From IMG/VR virus record IMGVR_UViG_2739367660_000007: DNA of 21,571 nucleotides; one strand, 5' to 3'. The first letter of the stretch is position 1. The number at the start of each line of letters is the position of its first letter. The DNA is from an uncultured virus (IMG/VR IMGVR_UViG_2739367660_000007) (lineage: Duplodnaviria; Heunggongvirae; Uroviricota; Caudoviricetes). This document shows positions 17,557 through 21,571 of this stretch, in pieces. The notes under the pieces are model-generated. The model saw only the letters and a list, made by a program, of their open reading frames with translations, was not told the origin of the DNA and made no database searches. A program made the translations under genes and the position numbers.

Positions 17557-17649
17557 CTACTGCGCGACCGGAAAATTCGACACCTGAAGCTCGGCCTGCG
17601 CTTCGGGTTTGTCGCCTCCGCTGCGGCTGATGGTTTCGCTGGTGGTCAC
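17557..17649 (-). CDS. Possible 30-aa small ORF or gene remnant between repressor and mod
   Basis: GGAGGA RBS, then GTG start, MTTSETISRSGGDKPEAQAELQVSNFPVAQ, TAG. Not in the ORF track. Confidence 0.3.
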   Translation of the reverse strand: MTTSETISRSGGDKPEAQAELQVSNFPVAQ

Positions 17650-17676
17650 GGCGGTTTCCTCCGCAGCGAAGTTCCT

Positions 17677-18390
17677 TCATTCTCGGTTCGTATGCCCCCA
17701 CCAGACTACCTTACCGATAATGTTGCTTTCGGCCCCCTCGGTTAGTTGCATAATTCGAGGTAAGTAGTCGGGATTGTCACTGACCAGTAGCAGTTGGTCT
17801 TCGGCAGGTCGAAGCAGCCGCTTAACCTGAGCACCATCTGTGCCGCGCAGCGCGAAAATCGGGGCACGATGCCGAACATCAATCGTATGGGCGGTGCGCA
17901 AAGGCGGAGTTCGTTTGCTGGTATCGATAAGCACCACATCGCCGGGGGCGATTGTTGGCATCATACTGTCGCCCTGCACACGGGCCAGCCGTGCAGCCGA
18001 GGTGTTGATGCCCTCACGCTTAAGCCAGTCACGCTTAAACGCCATGTGTTCAACGACGTGTTCAGTGCTGTTTTCCATGCCACCGCCAGCAGCCAGTGAT
18101 GCGTCATGGAGCGGGATTTGCGCATAGTCCGAGCCATTGATCATGACTTGTTGGACCGGCCCTGTTTCCCGTGGCGGGCCAAAGTAACATTCTAGCCCCA
18201 GAACATCTGCCAACTTTTGCAGCGCATGGAAGTTCGTCCGGCGATCTTCAGGGGATGTGGCTCGGGAAGAGCGTAGATTCTTGATCAGCGCATAGTTCCC
18301 AACTGCGAGTTTCGACGCAGCTGCATCAGACAGGCCCTTCCGGGCCAGCGCTGCATCAATCGTCGATAGGAGCTCGTCCATTGGGTCCAT
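17677..18390 (-). CDS. Phage CI-like repressor (HTH plus S24 peptidase)
   Basis: ASLAAGGG cleavage-site region, GDSMMPTI catalytic Ser, VKRL catalytic Lys, SDNPDY, IIGKVVW. Confidence 0.92.
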   Translation of the reverse strand: MDPMDELLSTIDAALARKGLSDAAASKLAVGNYALIKNLRSSRATSPEDRRTNFHALQKLADVLGLECYFGPPRETGPVQQVMINGSDYAQIPLHDASLAAGGGMENSTEHVVEHMAFKRDWLKREGINTSAARLARVQGDSMMPTIAPGDVVLIDTSKRTPPLRTAHTIDVRHRAPIFALRGTDGAQVKRLLRPAEDQLLLVSDNPDYLPRIMQLTEGAESNIIGKVVWWGHTNRE

Positions 18391-18397
18391 TCGACTT

Positions 18398-18474
18398 CTG
18401 TTAGCCGATTCGGGCTAAATCGACAATACATAGCCGATACGGGCTTGAATATATCGGCCCGTATCGGCTAAATT
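18398..18474. promoter_or_regulatory. Lysis-lysogeny switch: three operators and two divergent promoters
   Basis: TAGCCGATWCGGGC at 18402-15 and 18431-44, inverted at 18457-70. Rightward TTGAAT(18445-50)-18-TAAATT(18469-74). Leftward TTGTCG(18426-21)-17-TAACAG(18403-398). Confidence 0.8.
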
Positions 18475-18480
18475 TGCTGT

Positions 18481-18726
18481 ATGGAACAGAAGCAAGCCCT
18501 CATCACTCTCGCGGACACGCTGGCCAAGCACCAAGGCGTGACGCACTTCGCGATCTCGATGCGCGCCCTCGGCAAGGGCGACTTCTTCAAAAAGCTGAAA
18601 GGCGGCGGGGATTGCCGCACTGCGACTGCCGCCCGTGTTCTTGCGTGGCTTGATCAGTATTGGCCGATCGATCTCGCATGGCCCGCTGACATCTCGCGCC
18701 CCTCGAAATCGAAGGATGCCGCGTGA
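18481..18726 (+). CDS. Cro-like small DNA-binding protein
   Basis: Divergent from CI. HTH-like ISMRALGKGDFFKKLKGGGDCRTATAARV and C-terminal WP.DLAWPADI.RP typical of alphaproteobacterial phage Cro-like proteins. Confidence 0.8.
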   Translation: MEQKQALITLADTLAKHQGVTHFAISMRALGKGDFFKKLKGGGDCRTATAARVLAWLDQYWPIDLAWPADISRPSKSKDAA

Positions 18727-18983
18727 TGTCGTTTCAACCCTTTTCGCCGGGGTCGGTTGGCCCCTGCCGCGGCGAGGGCCGCCCCGATCCGGCTGGTAAG
18801 GCAGTCCGGCTGGATCGGGGTGTGCCGCGCCCGTCGCTCTGGCGGCGCCTGCGCGCGCTGGATGACCGCATCAATGATTGCTGGATCGGTGACCTCCTCG
18901 GCATCGCCTCGCTGGTGGCGCTGGTGGTCTGCACGCCGGTCCTGCTGCCCATGTTCATCATCATTTTCGGAGGAAACCCGTGA
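18723..18983 (+). CDS. Phage hypothetical membrane protein
   Basis: GTGA overlap with cro. C-terminal hydrophobic segment. Confidence 0.6.
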   Translation: MMSFQPFSPGSVGPCRGEGRPDPAGKAVRLDRGVPRPSLWRRLRALDDRINDCWIGDLLGIASLVALVVCTPVLLPMFIIIFGGNP

Positions 18984-19231
18984 AGGATCACATCGAACCC
19001 CTGTCGAAGTGCCAGTTGTTTGAGGCCATCCGCCACCACGCGAAAATCTATCGCGAGCAGGATCGCCTGCACGGTGATGCCGTGATTGCAGGCAATCTGG
19101 ATTTGGCTGACTCGCACCTTGAGGCGTCCAGCGATGCCTTTGCCGAGTGCGTCTTTGCCATGGCCATGGCCGAGGAATGCGGGCTGATGGACGAGCTGGC
19201 CGGTTTCCTGACCGCCAGCTACGGGGGCTGA
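18980..19231 (+). CDS. Phage hypothetical protein
   Basis: GGAGG RBS, GTGA overlap, early-operon position. Confidence 0.65.
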   Translation: MKDHIEPLSKCQLFEAIRHHAKIYREQDRLHGDAVIAGNLDLADSHLEASSDAFAECVFAMAMAEECGLMDELAGFLTASYGG

Positions 19232-19235
19232 GGCG

Positions 19236-19559
19236 ATGCTTGGCACCTTCAGCGCCCCCGAACAGCGGATCCACGTCGAGCGGATCGGCGGCCGGCTCCG
19301 GGTGATCAGCCCCGAAGGCAAGCTTGTCGGGCCGCCCTTCGAAAGCCGCCGGGCCGCCGTGGAGGCCGCGCGGGCGATGCAGGCAGAGGCAGACCGCCAT
19401 GCCAAACGCGGGCCGCGCCCCTGCATGTGCTGCGGGCGAAACTTCGACAGCGAGGGCATCCACAACCGGCTGTGCGCGCATTGCCGCAACCGGGGCGATG
19501 CCGCCTCGCTGAGCATTCCGACCAATTCGATAGCGAAGATCCGTCGCGCGGCGTCGTGA
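19236..19559 (+). CDS. Phage hypothetical zinc-finger protein
   Basis: RPCMCCGRNFDSEGIHNRLCAHCR (CxxC-x16-CxxC-like). GAGG RBS. Confidence 0.7.
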   Translation: MLGTFSAPEQRIHVERIGGRLRVISPEGKLVGPPFESRRAAVEAARAMQAEADRHAKRGPRPCMCCGRNFDSEGIHNRLCAHCRNRGDAASLSIPTNSIAKIRRAAS

Positions 19560-19583
19560 CGGCGAAGACCAAGGGGCCAAACC

Positions 19584-20489
19584 GTGAAACCACCGACCTT
19601 GATGCAGCAGAACCGGGTGCGGATCGCCGATATCGTGATCGATTCCCGCCTGCGCCCGGTCAGCGCAGCGGGCGTTGAAAGCCTGATCACCTCGATCAGC
19701 GAAACCGGGGTGATGAAGGACGCCATTCATCTGCGCAAGAAGAAGGATGGCAGCCTGCACCTGCTGGCAGGCGCCCATCGCACCGAAGCCGCCCGGCGTC
19801 TGGGCTGGGACGAGATCGAGGCGAAGATCTGGACGGACGTGACCGACGACTGGGCGCGACTGATCGAGATTGACGACAACCTTGCCGGTGCCGAAATGAA
19901 CGCCCTTGATACGGCGGTGTTTCTGGCCACCCGCAAGGCCATCTATGAGCGCCTGCACCCGGAAACGCGACGTGGCGTTGCCGGTGCCGCTGGGCGTTGG
20001 GATGCAACTGAACCGAGTTCAGTTGCATTCGTGAAATCCACTGCCGACAAATTCGGCATGACCGAGCGGCAGGTTTTTAAGATCGTCGCCGCCGGTTCCA
20101 GACTTGGCCCCGACGAGGTTGCAAGCCTGCGCGCGGCGCCGCGTCAGGTCAGCCTGAAAGACCTGACCGAAATCGCGAAGATCAGCCAGCCGACGGATCG
20201 CTATGATGTGGTGCGCCTGCTGTCCGAAGGGGGCGCGAAATCCGCAGCCGAGGCCATGCGCAGCCTCAGATCCGGTCTTCAGCCCATCGTAAAAGACCCA
20301 GTTGACGAAGAATTCAAGGCGCTTCTGAACGCCTGGTCGCGCGCACGGCTCGTGGCGCGGCGCCGGTTTGTCGAGGATGTCTTTGCGGACCTTTCGCCCC
20401 TGATGACTGCGCAGACCAGCCCCGGCGACGGGGCCGAGGCGGCGGAGATCGTGCCGTTCCGGTCGCGGGGTCGGGAGGGGCAGGCATGA
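19584..20489 (+). CDS. ParB N-terminal domain protein of the Mu-like early operon
   Basis: LLAGAHRTEAARRLG (GxxR motif), IEIDDNL, HTH-like TADKFGMTERQV. Overlaps the transposase-like start (ATGA). Confidence 0.85.
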   Translation: MKPPTLMQQNRVRIADIVIDSRLRPVSAAGVESLITSISETGVMKDAIHLRKKKDGSLHLLAGAHRTEAARRLGWDEIEAKIWTDVTDDWARLIEIDDNLAGAEMNALDTAVFLATRKAIYERLHPETRRGVAGAAGRWDATEPSSVAFVKSTADKFGMTERQVFKIVAAGSRLGPDEVASLRAAPRQVSLKDLTEIAKISQPTDRYDVVRLLSEGGAKSAAEAMRSLRSGLQPIVKDPVDEEFKALLNAWSRARLVARRRFVEDVFADLSPLMTAQTSPGDGAEAAEIVPFRSRGREGQA

Positions 20490-21571
20490 CGCTGACTCCG
20501 AAACAGGAATGGTGGACCACCACGGAACTGGCAGCCAGCGGCCTGCCGGATGTGCCGGACACGCGGCAGGGTGTCGATGCCATGGCCGAGCGCCAGCACT
20601 GGCGCGCGCATCCGCATTACGCCCGGCGTCGCTCCGGTCGCGGCGGTGGCTGGGAATATTGCTGGCGACTGCTGCCCGCGCGGGCGCAACGGCGCCTGCT
20701 GGCCGAGGTTGCGCCAGCGGGCGGGGCAGGGGCCGAGCGTCCGGAGCGCGATACCGCATGGGCATGGTTCGAACGGCTGCCCGAGGCGGTGCAGGGCAAG
20801 GCGCGTGCGAAACTTCTGGTGATCCAGGCGGTCGAGGCGCTGGAGCCGGTGCTGGGCCGGGATCAGGCGATCCGGCAGGTCGCAGCGGCTGAAGGCAAGG
20901 GCGTGCGCACGATCTGGGGCTGGCTCTCGCTGGTCGAAGGCGTGCGGCCCGATGACCGTCTGCCCTATCTCGCGGATCGCCACCGCGTCGAAACCGCGCC
21001 CCGGGGGGCAAGATCGGAGGTTGCGCCGGATTTCTTCGAACTGATCAAGAGCGATTTCCTGCGGTCCTCGGGGCCGAGCTTTTCGAGCTGCTATCGGCAC
21101 CTGCATATCGACTTCGACGAGGCGCTGCGCGACGGGCTCTATCAGCGGATCTGCCTGCGCACCGGCGATGCCTGGACGCCTGCGGCCGAGGCGGGCTGGC
21201 GGCAGGAGATCATCGACTTCTATGGCGAGGGCGCGGATGAGGAACTGTTCTGCATCCCGGCGCTCGGCTCCGGGGCCTGGCTGCCCGCGCCGCTGATCGA
21301 GGCGCGGATGACCGCGCCCGGCAGGGTGATGCGGCTGGAGCTTCCGGCGGATTACCTGCACCGCCCGGCGCTGGATCAGGAAGCGCTGATGGCGCCGTTT
21401 CTGGAGGAGCTGGGCGAGGTGCTGGCCGGGATCGACCTTGGGCCGCTCTATGCCTTCGGCTTCGACTTCGGCCGGGTGGCCGACCTGTCCACGGTCAGTT
21501 TGCTGGCCATTGAAGCCGGTCTCAAACGCCGCGAGGCGCTGGCGCTGGAAATGCGCAACGTGCCCGGCGAC
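20486..21571 (+). CDS. In-frame chimera of a MuA-type transposase N-terminal region and a Mu gp28-type terminase large subunit C-terminal region (runs off the window)
   Basis: Hand translation gives one open frame. MTLTPKQEWWTTTELAASGLPDVP..GRGGGWEY..LLP..SDFLRSSGPSFSSCYR is MuA-like. From about 21098 it reads HLHIDFDEALRDGLYQRICL..ADEELFCIP..GFDFGRVADLS, which is TerL-like. Confidence 0.82.
   Translation, partial: MTLTPKQEWWTTTELAASGLPDVPDTRQGVDAMAERQHWRAHPHYARRRSGRGGGWEYCWRLLPARAQRRLLAEVAPAGGAGAERPERDTAWAWFERLPEAVQGKARAKLLVIQAVEALEPVLGRDQAIRQVAAAEGKGVRTIWGWLSLVEGVRPDDRLPYLADRHRVETAPRGARSEVAPDFFELIKSDFLRSSGPSFSSCYRHLHIDFDEALRDGLYQRICLRTGDAWTPAAEAGWRQEIIDFYGEGADEELFCIPALGSGAWLPAPLIEARMTAPGRVMRLELPADYLHRPALDQEALMAPFLEELGEVLAGIDLGPLYAFGFDFGRVADLSTVSLLAIEAGLKRREALALEMRNVPGD

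Larger units (their letters stand above)
10894..21571 (+). mobile_element. Defective Mu-like (transposable) prophage, left part
   Basis: Putative TGT left terminus at 10894 with 10-bp-period G(T/C)GGGA-like repeats (10923-10949) and an IHF-like site (10957-10969). Then cargo, CI/Cro switch, early ORFs, ParB-like gene and MuA-like N-terminus. The exact left boundary is inferred. Confidence 0.75.

Noticed and set aside
18654..21361. Long minus-strand ORFs (434, 330, 330 and 360 aa)
   Set aside because: They are antisense shadows of the coherent plus-strand phage operon in high-GC DNA, with low-complexity Arg/Pro/Ala translations.

Overview
High-GC alphaproteobacterial (Rhodobacteraceae-like) window made of three blocks. 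(1) 1-4010 is the right-hand end of a tRNA-integrated element: an XRE regulator, a secreted protein, a phage-type DNA cytosine methyltransferase, a stand-alone LigA domain-Ia-like protein, a Cys-rich ORF and a YspA/SLOG protein. It is closed by arm-type repeats and a tRNA 3'-end fragment. (2) 4039-8523 is core chromosome: a flavin-oxidoreductase-SelD fusion, a hydantoinase/oxoprolinase-family gene and tRNA-Met(CAT). (3) 8524-end is a phage-derived island. It starts with a patchwork of remnants (tail-tip protein fragment, small membrane protein, NurA-like C-terminal fragment, tail-fibre-associated protein). A putative Mu-like right end follows, its terminal 14 bp stacked three times and abutting a putative left end across a 2-bp spacer. 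After that comes a Mu-like prophage carrying a Type III-like R-M pair, a CI/Cro switch with three operators, early genes and a ParB-like gene. The window ends inside an ORF missing from the ORF track: an in-frame chimera of a MuA-type N-terminal DNA-binding region and a Mu gp28-type terminase C-terminal region. All family assignments are from motif recognition, not database searches.
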